Of a stretch of DNA of 64,000 bases, positions 61,583 to 64,000 are shown one piece after another (positions within the stretch are counted from its first letter, which is position 1; every line of letters starts with the position of its first letter). The translations under genes were made by a program, and so were the position numbers. The DNA is from Lama guanicoe (Eukaryota): assembly GCA_013239625.1 (NCBI GenBank), contig MU054391.1:8217095-8281094 (forward strand). The letters run 5' to 3'. The notes under the pieces were generated by a model, which worked only from the letters and a program-made list of their open reading frames with translations, searched no databases and was not told where the DNA came from.

Positions 61583-64000
61583 TTAGAAGTAATAACTTTG
61601 GAATATGTTTAACATATAATCTATTTCTTAGTCATGTCTGTCATTATTAATTGCATGTTATTGATATTTTATTGAGCAAGCTACATTTGTTTCCATAAGG
61701 TTTTGGCATTTTAAGCATTTTTCATGAAATATATTACAATCCTCTTGAAAGTTGCGGTTAATTAAAAAAATAACATTTTGCTTTTTCAGTTTACTCTTTG
61801 CTATAGACCGTATTCCTAATTAAGGAAATATCTATGTTAAGTACTGAGATAATTGGTAAGTTCAAAGCAAACTATACTAAAAGAAGATAACATCAATTCT
61901 ACTATTTTTAAAGAAATATATAACTAGTTCCTAATATATTCACAAAAACTATCTTTTGCTTCTATTCATTTTATCTTTCTTTGAAATATATTTTTTGAAA
62001 GCAAATATGATTAAATTAGTTGAATCTATGATTTTAAAAATGTTTTACCAAATTAGATGTTGAAAAATCACTGGCTTTTTCAATTTCATCTTACACCTAC
62101 ACAGAATATAAATTTAAAAGGAGAGTTCTAGCAGAAGATTCTTTTCAAAAGTCAATATAAAATTTTAAAGTGAAATCCTCCGTATCATTTTGGCTCACAA
62201 AATTAAATTTATTCAACTTATTACCTGCTTTTGTAGAGATAATTTCCATGTCTCCTTGTTTGCAAACTTTATTTTCTGTAAGTTCAATTTGGTAAAACTA
62301 CAAAAACTGAAGTTTTTGTCTCTTAAATTTGATATAATTGCTCTCTCTTCCTTTTGTAAAAATCTCAACTCAGTTGGCTTCTCCCTACTTTTTCAGTGTT
62401 CATGGATCATCGTATTTGTTTTTGTTGCTAGGGGTCTTCAAATTAACTCCCTAAACTTTAAAAAAAAACCGATTTATAGAATAAATACACAACAAGTACA
62501 AAATACAAGTGTTTATGATTTCTATGATTGCTTCAGTAAATGTACATCCAGTGCTGCCTCACTGACTCTCACAGATGTAAAAATAACTATGTTAAAGGGG
62601 AGTTTTCCTTCCTTAAACCCCCTAATTTTCTCTATAAGCCAATGAATACAATTAGGTAACAGAATTAACAACATAAATGCATCAAATTTTTTGGTGCAAG
62701 GGATTCCAAGGATGGAGTAACACTGGAATAGTTTTGTGCGTACATAGATCATAATAAGACTTGAATAACATTCATAATGTCATACTCTGTTTAGAGCTGA
62801 AATTAATCATAGATGTGCTAACCCACATTTCATGGATGAAGATACTGAAGATGAGAATTTGATTAGCTCAAGTGAGTTGATTCCTTTCTAATAACAAGAA
62901 GAGGTTGGAAGGCCCATTTAATGCCGTGGTCTCTCAGTTCCTTGACCTAAATTAGATGTTATATTTAATTCCTCTCTCTCATTTTTATGAGCTCAATCTG
63001 AGCCTTGGCATTATCTAAACTACTCAAACTCTGAAGCTATAGACTCTTTGCTTTCTCTCAACTAGAAACACCATGTCTGTGCTTTAATGTGATTAAAACC
63101 TTTTGTCCTATATTTCTTTCTGTAATCAGTTTTATCTTTCTTCACATCCATATCCAAAGTGCTGAGATATAGGATTATTAAAAGTGTTCCATGCATTGAT
63201 TGTATATCCAGTGATCTGTGGGGTTTTTTTTTTCTCTGTAAACAGAGTTTCATGAGAGTCCTTACTCTTGGAATAAGACTCTTTTTCCACAAGGTAGATC
63301 ACAACTTGTGTATCGCTTGTCTGTTTTTTATGTAGCTCTGTAAATGACTGGGATGTAAATCTGGTATTCTAACTGACATATCACCCGTGTCTTGTACCAC
63401 TTTTTTCCTTTACGTTTTTTATTTCCCCTTCTGCCAAAACATTTTAAGAAATATCTACCCGTGAGAGCCCTGAATGCTAGGCATCTAGAGAAGAGATAAA
63501 TCAAATAATCACACAGAGTGATGTTATTAAAAATCCATGTTTTTTTTTCTTCAAACATTGACTGAGAGTTCCGACAGTAATTTTTTTTCTAGTAAGTTTG
63601 CTCTTTTGTTCTTTCAACCTACTTCTTCAATTATTTAACCTCTACAAATGTCCTAGGCTACTTTCTCCCTTTTTTTTAATCAGGGGAGTCTTTCCTCTGA
63701 TTTCCTGAAACCGAGAGAGGATCTGACTCTGCCCCTCCTTCTCTCCATCCTGCCACCTAAGACTCGAGCTCTGGGTCCTTGGTTGTCCACCTTCACAGGG
63801 AATTTGCCTTATTCACTATCTGCTCTCTTGTTCTCTGATTTTTTTTTTCCTATAGTCATTTAAAGACCAGCATGGTCTTTTCTTAAAAAGCACGGCAGAT
63901 ATTAAAACCACCACCACGACTACTTTTATGCAGGGCCCCACTTCAGCTTTCATTCTCTACTCTCCTTTTCACAAATTCTTAAATCTCTAGTGAAATTCTC

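Noticed and set aside
62190..62645. 151-aa ORF in AT-rich unique sequence
   Set aside because: TTG start, no recognisable domain, composition typical of random AT-rich DNA.
1..64000. Host coding gene, processed pseudogene, tRNA/snRNA/rRNA, NUMT or non-retroviral viral insertion
   Set aside because: None recognised by eye; small exons of a large gene cannot be excluded without alignment.

Overview
This is mammalian non-coding DNA (intergenic or deep intronic): AT-rich, CpG-depleted and mostly transposon remains. I found no recognisable host protein-coding exon, RNA gene, CRISPR array or prokaryotic system. The repeats are two young 5'-truncated LINE-1s with target-site duplications (TSDs; 29975-32873 +, 46168-47807 -), three short L1 3'-end insertions, older L1MA/MC/ME, L2 and MIR fragments, MaLR/ERVL/ERV1 solo LTRs, hAT MITEs and microsatellites. 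Cetartiodactyl-type L1 3' UTRs without ruminant, pig, primate or rodent SINEs suggest a camelid (inference). Repeat family names come from remembered consensus sequences and need RepeatMasker/Dfam confirmation. Most notable: (1) the two young L1s form an inverted pair ~99% identical over ~890 nt that switches abruptly to ~10% divergence, so one copy is a mosaic (gene conversion or assembly collapse); (2) an old L1MA9-like element keeps both ends and a likely TSD but lacks ORF1 and most of ORF2; (3) a short L1 3' end has a second A-tail preceded by a B-box-like 19-mer; (4) a CpG-retaining patch with good splice signals near 3.0-3.9 kb, plus other weak exon-like signals. I do not see a convincing novel biological system.
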